Under the pieces are notes generated by a model. It had not been told where the DNA came from. It saw only the letters and a list, made by a program, of their open reading frames with translations, and searched no databases. A stretch of 63,766 nt of DNA, filler included, from Olpidium bornovanus S191 (lineage: Eukaryota; Fungi; Olpidiomycota): NCBI GenBank assembly GCA_017911155.1. It is 27 parts of 27 records of this genome, joined end to end, with 100 filler letters (N's around TTAATTAATTAA, not from the genome) between each part and the next. Parts side by side here need not be neighbours in the genome. Positions count along the whole stretch, not along the records: positions 48,650 to 54,277 come from JAEFCI010000570.1; positions 54,378 to 55,704 come from JAEFCI010012772.1; positions 55,805 to 57,290 come from JAEFCI010005207.1; positions 57,391 to 59,982 come from JAEFCI010002362.1; positions 60,083 to 61,307 come from JAEFCI010003754.1; 22 more parts are not named here. One strand, 5' to 3'. Position 1 is the first letter of the stretch. Every line of letters begins with the position of its first letter. Positions 48,550 to 60,378 of the stretch are shown here, one piece after another. The position numbers and the translations under genes were made by a program.

Positions 48550-49946
48550 NNNNNNNNNNNNNNNNNNNNNNNNNNNNNNNNNNNNNNNNNNNNTTAATTA
48601 ATTAANNNNNNNNNNNNNNNNNNNNNNNNNNNNNNNNNNNNNNNNNNNNCCATGCCGGAATCGAGGGACTTCGTGAAGAGGGGCGGGATCCTAACGAAGA
48701 GGGACCAGAACCGACCTAGGATATTGGTGTTTAGTGACGTCGAGAGGATGAACGGCGCCGCGGAAGACACCGGTCTTGTGGAAACCCTTGTTCGGGCAGT
48801 GAAGCGCCAGAGAGCCCTGAGTTTAGAATGCCTGCAATTTGCTTACTCGATGCCGGGGAATTCCCAGGCAAGTCGTGCGGGTGTGCATGGTGGCTCTGTA
48901 CGGCCCCGTCTCCAGTGTCAATGGAACCGGCGAGTGCGCCTTCCGAGGGTCCCAATCGACGAAGCTGAACCGCAGCAGTTCCGCCTACAACCCCGTACCG
49001 CTGAATTTGAGAGCAATGGAAGAGCTGGAATTCCTCAGCGAGCGCCCTGTGTTCGGACGTCAATTTTTCTTCCCCGGTAGTACTTCTTTCGCCAGCGACG
49101 AGCCTGACGCGGTATGGATTCCCGGCGTCCGGCCGGCAGCTCGTGGCATTTTGGGACGAGTGCTGTGAAAAGCGGCAGCGGAGGAGGAATTATGAGGATA
49201 ACCTTGCAGATCTGAGGGCAGCTTGTCGGGCGCAGGGCGCGGACTTGCTCCTGGAGGATGATGAGCGACTCTGGCTGGAGGAGGAGGAGGACGCCAAGAA
49301 GGTTCTGCAGAATTTAGTTGCAGCGCCCGCCGACCGTCTGGTGTCGCAGTCAGCGAACGCCGGTAGGAACGGCAAATTTTCGTGCGGGGCAAGGCCCAGG
49401 AGAGGTGTTTATTTTTTTTATTTTGTTCTGCGGACCCGGCTGAATAGCAGGTAGTATGTAGCCGTAAGAAACGGCGTTGGGTTGGGCGGTAGCCGGTAGT
49501 GGTCGGCGGAGGCCTTGTCATGGCGGCCCGCCGCCGGTCTGTTCCCTCGGAAGAGAAGCATCCGGATCCACCAATCTCTGTCGTTCCACTGCTTCCACGG
49601 CGGCTCCCCCGGCCCTTCCCCGCCCGCCATCCCTCCCTCCGTACGCCCCTCGCACACCAGCCGGTCAAGTATCTTTCGTTGAACGTCGAAAACCCCCCTC
49701 CCGCTTTCCCCCTCCCCACGCCTCTCCCCCCCGCCCTTCTGCGTCCAAAAGGGCACGCTTGACTTGCTGCTCCTGAGGAATTCCCTCCATTCCTCCCCGC
49801 ACCCGGGGGCTTATCCTCCGCGGCGGCCCGGCGCGCCGATGCAGCTGCGGGTCACCTCTCGCTTGCGGCTCGACGAGACGAATGAACCGTCATGTTCCGT
49901 CTGCCATGTAGTGCGGTGTCGTCTAAATCAAACACATCCTCGTTGT

Positions 49947-50017
49947 CGCCTGATGGTTTAGTGGTATAATTCACCCTTAGGGTGGGTGAGACCCGAGTTC
50001 GATTCTCGGTCAGGCCC
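49947..50017 (+). tRNA. tRNA-Pro (AGG), intronless, with a C1:C72 mismatch
   Basis: CGCCTGA TG GTTT AGTGGTA TAAT T CACCC TTAGGGT GGGTG AGAC CCGAG TTCGATT CTCGG TCAGGCC C; TTTT shortly downstream. Confidence 0.9.
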
Positions 50018-50949
50018 TACAGGACGGTTTTGCCGATCCGTACTTTCGGACCCGCCGTTTGTACATGCAACGCGCAATGCACGCGCCTTTCCTTTTTTTT
50101 TTTTTTTTTTTTTGTTCCCCCAACAGAAACTGCCTCTTTGACTAGTGTGTGGTCTACGAACGCGCGCCGCAGCGTCGTTGGGCGGCCGGAGTTTTGATTT
50201 ACGGCAAAATGCACGGAGCAACGTGCACAAACAATTTGAACTCCTGTACACACACACTCACTCACTCACGGGGATTCCGGGCTGCGGGCGTTTCTTGAGG
50301 AGAGGGCGAGTGGAAAAACCGCATCTACGTTGCGTGGTGACGGGCTTACCACTACAGGGAGAGGGGCCTAGCGAGCGGTGATGCATTGAACGGCTCGTGA
50401 GAAAAAAACATATCACCTCTGCTTCTCGCACGCACGCTTTTTTTATGAGGCTGAACGAAGACCGTCTCAGGACTGAGCAGTCCTCGCACCAAATTCTTCC
50501 CGCCCGGCGAATCCCGGTCCAGGTACCGGCGCCTTCCAGAATATGCGGGCGATAACTCCCCCCCGCTTTCCCGGCTGCACACGCAAAAAAGGTTCGGCCG
50601 CCGTTCGCGGTCTCGCAGGAAAAGCCCCGCAATACCCTTCTTTTTTTCCCCCTTCGGGTGTATAACCCACAGGCGGACGGAGAAGGGAAACGCGGCGGGG
50701 TTGGGCAGTGCGGTGGAAAGCCGCGTGGTCCTCTCGAAATCGGGGAGAAAGCGGCCGGGGCCCGGCGGAAAATCTTTCGTGCAAATAAGGGAAACGCAGT
50801 TCCGCGCGGGGAACGGGCGGGCGTTCCCAAGTCAACGTTCTGCCGCTTCGCACGGCGACGCTACCGACGCTTCTCGTTACGCCGTCACGGGCGGGCGACG
50901 GGTATTGCCTTTTGTAGAATTGCAAGAAGCGCGCCGCGCGCCGTCACTG

Positions 50950-51650
50950 CTTCGGCACAGCCGACCAGTACAGCGATCAACGAAATGTTGTACCTCGCTG
51001 GGTCACTGGTGCACATGGCAAACAGCACGCAACCGGACATCGGCCGAATGTGCTGGCGTGACGCAATGCCAAAACCTGCAACCGGCATTGTGACACGGTC
51101 AAGCACGACATGCGATCAGAGCCGAAGGTTTGAGAACATATTGTCCATGCCATTAAATGCCTCAGCCGGCGAATTCCTCCACATTATCTTCAATGACCGG
51201 AGCAACTCCCGAGTTCCGGACGGTCAAACTATTCGTGGGCTCCGGATTTTGGATGAACCAGCGGACCGTGAACCATCGGTTCACGTACGGGCCCATTACT
51301 CGGCTCAAGAATTCCTGTTGCTATCCGCTTTTTCGATAGCGCGATTGATTACAGCGGGCTCACGGCACCGGAATCGAATTTCCTCGGAAGGGTGTTCCGA
51401 AATGAAAATCACCATTAGCGGTGCGATTTTCGGGATCTGCACATCCGATATCGTTGTCCGAAAATGCAAACGCTCCGTCGAATTCGGTGGAGTCGGTTCT
51501 CCTTGACGGAATTCTGTGATGAGCGGGTGACGGAAAAGGGGTGTTGCGGGCGAATTTACCTTGTACGCTGACGTGGGGAACATGCCGGCTTTAAACTGTT
51601 CTACGGCCTTGCGGGCGGCCGGATTTTTCGCGAAATACGGTTTTTTTTTT

Positions 51651-51688
<38 letters not shown>

Positions 51689-52260
51689 GCGAGAATTTCG
51701 GTCCGAGATTTACGCCGTTGTCAAGCGAAAGTCACAGCCACGCCCCCGAAATTCTGAATTGTCCGCTTGAAACTTATCCTCGCACCACCGAATCGGGCGT
51801 CGGCAACATATTTTTTTCTGTCTCTTTTTTGGCTCTCCTCACGCGGTCACTCGCCACTGGGAAAAATTTGTCTAGTCCCCAGAACTTGATCGCAGGATGC
51901 GGCGGCTCACACCCTGCGCACATGTGTATTTATTCGCCGTACAATTTCAGATTGTAGGCCGACGCCGGGTTGGAGCCGTACTTCACGTGCGCCGACCACA
52001 TGGGAGGGCGCATGGCCGACTTCGCTGCGGACACCGGACCGCACCCAGCGCGTTCAGGTCGGTCGCGTTATCAACCGTCGTGGAGGCGATACCGCAATGC
52101 ACAAACCATCCATGACCACCGTTCCGCTGCGAGGGGACAAACAGGGCAGTAGTGGTAACCGCTTCTCTTTGGATGTCGCATAACCAATACCGCCGGAATG
52201 GGCTCTGCAGCACGGCACACGGCAGTTGTAAAACGAAAAGGCAATGAGGCGTTCATTGTA
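50950..52260 (+). mobile_element. Highly degenerate Ty1/copia RT/RNase H remnants
   Basis: AGSLVHMANSTQPDI (GSLMYLA..TRPDI-like), MADFAADT (DADFA-like), SVALSTVVEA (VALST.EAEY-like). Confidence 0.65.
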
Positions 52261-52800
52261 TTTGCCGTTGAAAGGCGGGGTGGGTCATGGCGCTCGTTGT
52301 GTGTGAAGTAACGCCAACGCAGGCGAAATAGGAGCGTTCGCTCTGCAAAAACGCTCCTCCCGATCCTGGACGGCACTCGGACAAGAATAACCGTCGTGGG
52401 GGTTGCCGAAAGCGCGCCTCCGGGATCATCTTGCACAAGAGGAGCCCGCCCGTCGCATTTGCGTCGCCGGCGCCGAACGGAGCAAAGCGTCGCAGACGTC
52501 CCTCCGGAATCGCTCCGGATGCCCCGCTCGCGACGCCTGCCGAGTCGCACGCTTCCGGGGCGGGGTTTGCCGTAACCGGAGTCGGCGCGGGCGCGGGGCG
52601 GGCGGCCTTGGAGGCTTTTGGTCCCCCGAGCGGGGCGATGGCAGAGCTCAGCGAAACGTTCTTTCCGTTGAGTCTCGAGAGCTGAGGGCCAAATTCGAAA
52701 TCCACAACATGGCAGGTTAGCCGCGAAATGAGAACGGCCGGGAATTGTGTTCTCCGTGCAAACAAAAACCACCAGCCGAAATGTAGCCCTTTTCCTGTTG

Positions 52801-54075
52801 TTATCTCCGCACCCTCCGGTGTCGCCCTTGACCTACACGGCTTTGGCACGAGGACTTCGAACGCCCGAGGGTGTACGCAATTTCGTTGTAATCGCGCATG
52901 CGGCTCTTATTAGCCCATGAGAGGAGTATGGTGTCTTCATCGAAAGTCCAGTGTTTAAGCAGCGGAACCGGTACTCGCAGATCAAATGCTTCAACCCGCG
53001 CAACCAACTGCCGATTGTCACGATCGCCGAGGAACCTCTGCCATTTTACTGCAAATCTCCTTCTCATCAACTCAAAAAGATCCGGTCTCAGCTGCCTACA
53101 CCGCCGCTTAACTGTCGAGGGATCTCGGCCAATTGCTGCAGCGAATTCTCTCCAATTGACATTCCGCGCCGACCTGCGCACCCGCCGCTCGAACTCAGCG
53201 CCGACAGCGGCGATCTCTTCGGCCGTCCACGGCCTACGAACCGAAATTTCCCGGGCACCGCGAGAATTTAATCGGCACGCCTTTGTCACGCATGCTCCGA
53301 GTTTCCTGCCGGGTATTTGGCCGGCGACAGCTTTCCACGTGTTTCTTCCAGAGTTTTCCGCGTAAACTGCCAGGCGAGTGAGTAGGTCGACTTCGCCTCG
53401 GGTCCACCGCGGCTTGACCGCGGCCGCAGCGCCCGAATCCTGCTCCCTGCACACACGCGCTCGGACCTCCGGGCCCTCGCGGGTCCTCCCCTCCGTTGCT
53501 CTCTTCCGCATGGCCCTTAGCTTCCGCAACCGCCCGACCACCGCTTTTCTCGAGCGGCCGGTGATCCTCGCGGCGGCCGACGTCCAAGCCCGCTCGCGTC
53601 CGTTCCGCAGAGCTTGCGCCAGGGCCCACAGCTCGGCGTCCTCCTCGGGCGTCCAGGCCGGAAGCAGCGAGGAGCCTTTGCCCGTGCGCAGCAGGTACTG
53701 GGCCTTCCGCTGGCACTGCTGCGCGGACCGTCCCGCCACTTTGCTCGCGACTGTGGTCCACTTTTCGGCCGATTCGCATAAACGAGCTTCGGGCGAGTTG
53801 ATGGCCGTAATCAGATTCGTGACCTCGTCTTCGCTCCAGAGCCGGCGGGTCGAGCGCCGGGCTGCACCGACCGGCGGCGGGCCGAGCGTCGTGGTGGCAC
53901 GGCGGTCGACCCCACCTGTCTCGCGCACGACGGACGACGACGCCGTCTCCTGGGCCGCGCCGGCGGCGAGCACGGCGGCGCCCGGCGCCGGCCTAGGCAA
54001 GCGGAGGTGTGCACGTGGCGGAAGGGCGGCGGCGGCGGCGCCATCGGCGAGGCTCCTAGGGCACCTCCGGGGCAT
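52801..54075 (-). CDS. Intronless protein with about 5 Myb/SANT repeats
   Basis: WSEDEVTNL..W..VA..V.GRSAQQC; WTPEEDAEL..W..AA..ITGRS; WTRGEVDLL..W..VA..IPGR; WTAEE..W..FA..IGRD; WTFDEDTILL...IA..LGRS. Confidence 0.85.
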   Translation of the reverse strand: MPRRCPRSLADGAAAAALPPRAHLRLPRPAPGAAVLAAGAAQETASSSVVRETGGVDRRATTTLGPPPVGAARRSTRRLWSEDEVTNLITAINSPEARLCESAEKWTTVASKVAGRSAQQCQRKAQYLLRTGKGSSLLPAWTPEEDAELWALAQALRNGRERAWTSAAARITGRSRKAVVGRLRKLRAMRKRATEGRTREGPEVRARVCREQDSGAAAAVKPRWTRGEVDLLTRLAVYAENSGRNTWKAVAGQIPGRKLGACVTKACRLNSRGAREISVRRPWTAEEIAAVGAEFERRVRRSARNVNWREFAAAIGRDPSTVKRRCRQLRPDLFELMRRRFAVKWQRFLGDRDNRQLVARVEAFDLRVPVPLLKHWTFDEDTILLSWANKSRMRDYNEIAYTLGRSKSSCQSRVGQGRHRRVRR

Positions 54076-54377
54076 TGTCTCCTGGTTCCGTTCGTGGGGG
54101 GGGGGGGGGGGGGGGGGGGAAGGGGGGGGCGGATCAGCCCACGCCCATCAGCGCGTTTTTGCGCCAAAGGGAACGGACACGGCGCCGCCGCCCCCCCTTC
54201 GCCCGCTCGGGGCTCACCGACGCCGCCGCCACTGCCGTCGCCGCTGCCTCTCACGCTGGCACCTCCGCTGCCGCCGGNNNNNNNNNNNNNNNNNNNNNNN
54301 NNNNNNNNNNNNNNNNNNNNNTTAATTAATTAANNNNNNNNNNNNNNNNNNNNNNNNNNNNNNNNNNNNNNNNNNNN

Positions 54378-55033
54378 CATGCCTCCGATACGTCCATCAT
54401 ATGGACCGTCTTTGCCCGCTGGAGCCGCAAAAATGCCGCAACGGCAGGCGCGTCGATCAGCGATGACGGAGACGCGTGCGCTGCGGCGACAAGGGCTTCG
54501 TCGGCTGCAACGGCCTCTGGATCCTTGGGCCTGGCCGAGTTGACGGGTTGAAAAATCTCGGCGTTGTTCTCGAACTCCGTGTCCACAAACCAATCCGAGT
54601 CCTCAACTGCGTCGTCGTGGTCTGTGCCGTCGTCGTCTACTTCGCCGTCGAGCTCTTCGTCAAACTCCCTCGCTAACCGAGCACTCTCCTCTAAGTCGTC
54701 ATTTTCCTCCAAATCTTCCGCTGCGGCGAAATCGCCTGTCGTAGCCTCCGAGGGCTTCCCAAATATCGCCTCGTAGTCCTCCTTACTCAGCAATTCTTCG
54801 GTGTGCTCCAAGTTAGGATGCATGCGGAAGCTTGACCCGTGTTTGGCATCGCCAACCGGAGTGGAGCATACCCAGCGAACGCCGGCACGAAAGGCGCTCC
54901 TCGCGGTGACTAGTCTTTTAGGATGAAAGACCGCTGCACTCGTGGAGATGATACCTGCCTTTCGGAGTTCCGCCACTTCAGTGGCGCGACGAGCAACAAC
55001 GGGACGCAGGTGCCGGGCAGCGTTTCTCAACAT
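54378..55033 (-). CDS. Mitochondrial RsfS/Iojap-domain protein (Atp25/MALSU1-like), 5' part
   Basis: Arg-rich presequence MLRNAARHLRP..., acidic linker with WFVD, then AVAAFLRLQRAKTVHMMDVSEA resembling the start of the RsfS fold. Confidence 0.6.
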
Positions 55034-55804
55034 GGCCAAATGACTGGCGCGTAGAGTGAAGGGCACGAGGGCGCAGCAGGGCGTGGGGGAGGGTGCGGAG
55101 CGCGGCCGCGCCAATACGGCGATGTCTTGTCAGCTGGAGTGGCGCCGGTCCGGGGAACCCGCTGCCGCCGTGCAAGGGCGCCCCGGTTGCAAACAAGCGG
55201 CGAAACAAGCCAAGTGGATCACCACTTCTCCTGCACGGGCCCGCAACGAGAAAGCTGCGCCCGCTGCGGGATGCACGGGGCGGGGTGCCGGCAGCGTCCC
55301 TCGCTGCGAGACAAAGCGAAACCTCGCCCCGGGCGCTTTGGGCGCGCCGCGTACCTCTCTGGGGCTTCGCCGTGTGTTCCGGTCGGTGTGCGCGATGCTT
55401 TAAGCGCGGGCTCGCCTTCCAGCCAGGGAGGGAGCCGGGGGGGGGGGGGCCTTCAGGAAAACACGCCGCCGGGACCCACTCCGCCAAAGCAAGCACGGGA
55501 GCAAGAAGATGCTGACCTAACGTCTTTCTGTCTGCAGGAAGCAAGCAGGCCAGCAGGCAGGAGTGAGAGGCCACGCAGGTGAGCATGAAGCTGAGAAAAA
55601 ACAATACTTTTAGACGAGGGCGAATTTGAGGGGCGCGGCTGCGAAGACAGATTTTTCGAATACGCGGTAACTCGTCACACTGGGATGAAGTATCTAGTCG
55701 CGTANNNNNNNNNNNNNNNNNNNNNNNNNNNNNNNNNNNNNNNNNNNNTTAATTAATTAANNNNNNNNNNNNNNNNNNNNNNNNNNNNNNNNNNNNNNNN
55801 NNNN

Positions 55805-57290
55805 CACAATCAATGTATTGAACACAAATCTCGGGCTGGGCCCCGCAAACTCTTCTGCCTGCCCCGTGCCGTTGCCGGTAACGACGTCGATAATCGCGGC
55901 CCTGCGTCGGCTGTACCGCTCCATGACGGCCAGCGCCTCTTTCGGAAGCCTGGAGCAGTTCACCCGGGGGAGGACGGGTGGGATGCGTACGAAAACCTTG
56001 GCTTCGAACGAACTGGACACGGTGAGCAAACCGGAAGTCCCTTTCCTTGCCAGAAGGAGAAAACCGTCATGCAGCCGGTCCGGGACACCTCACCTGGTGC
56101 CGAGCCGCGGGTGGCCTCAAGGTCCCATATCTTGGCCGTGCTCCACCGGCGATATTTCCTTTCCATCGCGCGCCGATCGTCGGTGGTGAGCAACACCGAG
56201 GACTCCGGCCGCAGAACGGAACAGGGCACCGTGGCCCTGCGACGCATGGAGCCGGGCGCCCTTGACCTGAATTCCCCCATCCCGAGGTCGTCCGAACTCT
56301 GCAAAGCGTCAACGACAAACACGTTTCCTGGTTACTCTTCCCCGGACCAATCACTCGCACCAATCCATGATAGAAAAAAAAAAAAGCCGGCGTTTTTCGG
56401 CGCGCCCACCTGCAGCACCGAGAGCTGGCTGCCGAACGAGCCCAGGTCGATTCCGGTCCCAACGGCTCCGCCAAGGTCAAAAGAAGGCGGGAACATCCCG
56501 GCCTTGGCCACTGGAGAAAGCGGACCTGCCGAGGAGTCCGAGTCGTTGTTGTCGCTGCTGTGGCACGTCGTAGTGTCGCACTGGTGGCCGTCATGGTCAT
56601 AATTTTGGGGATGATCACCGCGCAGCTTGGCACGAATCCTCTTGCCCAAGCGGAACCTGCGGATTTTCGACGACTGTGTAACAGAAAACGCGAGCGGAAT
56701 CGTGGGCCAAATGTCAAGGTCTGAAATCAGCGATTAGGGCTCATGACATAGATTGATGGCAAAAACCGCTAACCTCCGCCAGGTGGTGTGCCGCATCGTT
56801 TCGGTTGCCCGGTGAAAAACGGCTCTTCGACATGGCGGCTTTGGAAGCGGAGGGGGGGGACTCTGTCAAGCTGAGCACGGGAGTCCTGCTGATATCAACA
56901 TTAGCCACGGCGTACAACGCCGAGGGCCTGAGCAGCCCTTCCTCGATTTGCCGTGTGACCGGCTTCTCTTGCACCGACACGTTACGGCTGTGGCGGGCTC
57001 CCGGCCCCCGACGGGCCGGTCCGGAGAATTTACCGATGCTGAAGGAGTGACGCTTGTTCCTGCCTGAAATAGCCCCGGGCGGCGGACACGGGGCGGAGTG
57101 AACGGCGGGTGGCGAAATCGGCGCGTTCAGCAGGTCGGCCGGAAGCTGGACAGCCTGTTGTAACCTCTGCAGAGCAGGAGACAAGGACCCGACCGACCCA
57201 GATGACGCAGTGGACGGCGTCGCGGCCGGCTGGTCCGGGGAGAAAGGTTTGTTTAATGACTGCTCCGCCAGCAGCCGCAGCTGAACCATG
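55805..57290 (-). CDS. Hypothetical spliced protein, internal fragment
   Basis: Several GT/AG-bounded open segments, Ser/Pro-rich, ending in RIPPVLPRVNCSRLPKEALAVMERYSRRRAAIIDVVTG. Confidence 0.5.
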
Positions 57291-57390
57291 NNNNNNNNNN
57301 NNNNNNNNNNNNNNNNNNNNNNNNNNNNNNNNNNTTAATTAATTAANNNNNNNNNNNNNNNNNNNNNNNNNNNNNNNNNNNNNNNNNNNN

Positions 57391-59982
57391 CCATTATGAG
57401 CTCGTGGTCAGCGCCTGAGGCCACGGCAATGTCTAGAGCTTCCTTGTAGTGTCGGAGACCTCGCTCTTTCAAATCTGCCGCTTCGTCCCTCGGACACTCT
57501 TGTTGCATGTCCATAACGACGTCGCCGAGCTTGACCAGCACGGGCAGCGTCAGCCACGGCGCGGTTGACCGGACAAACTGGAGGGCAGCCCACGCCTGGT
57601 CGAGGTACCGAAGGACGGTTACTGCGTCGGTGTTCGCATGGAGTTCACAGGCCAGGAGGTACTTTGTCCCCGCGAGGAGCGCCTGGCTGTTGGAATGCGC
57701 GGCCCGCTCCTCTGCCGTGAACATTTTGGACAGCCGCTCCGCCGCCACGTGCGCGTGGTTTAACAGGGCGAGCCTGGCGGACGCGGACTTCGCGATGCCT
57801 GCGACCAGCTGCGCGACGACGATCATGTCGCACGTAAGAAGCGGCATGCGGAACACCTGGTTCTCCAGTTGGACGAGGTCCGATTCCGTCGTCCGGCGCA
57901 TCGAAAACGGCGCGAGGCCGTCGGCCACGACCATGAGCGCGGTAATTGCCACGTAGCTCGTCGAGGAGTTCACGAGGCGGGCTTCGTTAGCAGCGAGCGG
58001 AGAGTTTCGAGCCGCGATGACAAAGTAGCCTTGGCGGAGCATCCAATCGATGCAGTCCATCCGCCACCTGAGCAGGGTCGCCCGCGACAATTCCGTCTGG
58101 TCGATCACAAGCCTAACCTCCTCGAATGCGGCGCTGTTCAAGGCGGCGAAGATGCTGAACATTACCTTAATAGACACGTCCAGGTTGCCTCGTTGCGCAA
58201 AGGCGTCGGCGACAATCCGGTAAGCAAGAACCAACGCGACCAATCGGTCCACCGGGGGTTTCCTGCTGGGACTTCGGTTATGCTCGTTCACCACGTCTGT
58301 TATTATCAACGACGCCAACGCCTCTGCACGATCTAGCAGGACGGCGACGTCGATGACGGTTTTCTTTGGCAACAGAGACATCGATGTCTTTCTGCTGGCA
58401 GAAGCGAGGTTACCGGCGACAGAGGTCATCGACTCCGCGGGCGAGACCTCTCCCTCTTGGGACTGTATCGCGACTCGCGCCAGCGAATCGCTCGACTTCG
58501 TAGGAGAGAGTTTGCTCGGCAACTGGCTGCCGGTGTTTTTGTCGTTTGGTCTGAACTCTCCAGCGTGTCCCAAAACTTCCAGTCCTTGTTCTGTCTTCGC
58601 CAACTCGAGAAGAAGTTTCCCCCTGCACAGCTCAATTCTGTCCACCATTGCTTTGCCGTAACAAGTGCCCACGTTCTCAGAGATGGCCTGATCTACCAGC
58701 TGCTTAAGCAGCCTTGCATTATTTGAGCTAAACAGTCCCTGGCTGCTGACGTACATCACCTTCGACGGCAACGCTCGGATGCCAAGAGCGACCCTCCTCT
58801 CTGCGGGAATGGCGTATCCGTTACTGACCTCCGTCAGATTGGATATCGCTAGAGGCAGCATCCCCAGTGACATCATGACCTGGATCCTTTTGAGCTTGGT
58901 GGCAATGAGGAACGGCAGGCTGTTCATCATCCGCGTGGCGACGTATTCGGCGAGGGAGAGCAGCGGCAGGACTTCGTGGTAGCACGAGGGGTCAATGAGG
59001 GTGCTGGCGACATAATCAAGGCACTCCACTAACTGTCCCATTTTCGTCGTCCGCGGCTCGTTCAGAAACTCAAAGCCGGGAATGAGCTGTTCGGGAACGT
59101 AGCTCATGTACTGCTGTGGCTCCTGCGGGTTCGGCAGCGAGGCGTGCAGGGGCGCCGTGCAGAGTTCGGCGGCAAACTGGCACAGCTCAAGGTGCTTGTC
59201 CAGATGCCCCGGGTAAGAATAACGGGCCATCTTCGCGAGCGCGATGGCGGCGACGTAGCAGTACCTTGCGCCGAGTCGCGGGACGAGGCTGGCCGGCTGC
59301 AGCTGTTTCTGGATCACGTGCTTCCACCGCTCCACGACGCGGGGGATGCCGAACAGCGAGTCCACGCACTTGCTCCAGTAGAGGGCCGCCGCGTCCGTGT
59401 CACCCTGTTCGAAGAAGAAGTCAGCGAGTTCGGAGCACACGAGAGAGGCCGTGGACGGATCGTCTGCGGCGTTCGCCTCTCGGAGGGCGGCGTGGTGGGC
59501 CGAGATAACCTGAGGTGCGGTCGCCGGAGGTCCCGCACCCGAATCCCGGCCGCACCGGGCGACGAGGTTCCTGCATTCGTGCAGTGACTGGAGGTGGACG
59601 TGGCCCTTCTTGCCCCGCGCGGCGGGAGCTGTGAGCACGACGTCCTCGCCCCTCTCTTTTAGCGCTGCGCACGCACGGTCGACATAACCGCTGGTGAGGT
59701 CCACGTACGCAAATCCTGTCACCTGGAAAAGCGGCCGTAGGAAGGGTGGGAAGGACGGGGGGTGGAGAGAGACTCAGGTAAGAGACAATATTCGCGACCG
59801 GTGAGAGATAAAATGTGCGGAGCGTAGGAAAAAAATGAAAAAGAAGGGAAAAAAAGGAACAGAAATTCCCGAATCACGATCCCCCCGAAAACGTCTGCAG
59901 GCGATTTTCGTGACTCTTGCTTGCCTTGTTAAAGCTTTCACCGACGGAAACGACGCGGTGGTACCGCTCCGCCTGCAGGAGG
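57391..59982 (-). CDS. CFAP54: Cilia- and flagella-associated protein 54, internal fragment
   Basis: ELADFFFEQGDTDAAALYWSKCVDSLFG...W, AAIALAKMARY, SLPNPQ...Y...QLIPGFEF, VLPLLSLAEY match the CFAP54 pattern (W..ALD, LPHP...Y....LLPG.E.F, VLPLL.L..Y). Confidence 0.8.
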
Positions 59983-60378
59983 NNNNNNNNNNNNNNNNNN
60001 NNNNNNNNNNNNNNNNNNNNNNNNNNTTAATTAATTAANNNNNNNNNNNNNNNNNNNNNNNNNNNNNNNNNNNNNNNNNNNNATGTCAGCGCGCTTGCGT
60101 GTGCGGACAAACTCTGCGGTTTTTTTCTTTTCCTTTTTCTTTCGGGAACCGTCCCCCGCCCCGAGGCCCCCCACGCCCCCCCCCCTTCCCCCCCCCCCCC
60201 CCCCCCGCCCCCCCCTTTTCCCCCCCCCCCTTCCCCCCCCCCCCCCCCCCACCCGCTTCCCCGCACGCGCCCGCTCCGCTTTTTTGGTCCAGGCAGCTTC
60301 ACTTACTTTCGACCGTCGGCGGGGGCCGCGCCGCTCATACGCGCGGAGCACCCCGCCGGCGGCGGGGCGGGCCCGGCG

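Noticed and set aside
48650-49460. Protein-like fragments (AFWDECCEKRQRRRNYEDNLADL...)
   Set aside because: Multiple stops in all frames and no recognisable motif; probably decayed repeat DNA.
50378-50454. Possible box C/D snoRNA (GTGATGC...CTGA)
   Set aside because: Box C is imperfect, there is no terminal stem, and I could not identify an rRNA guide.
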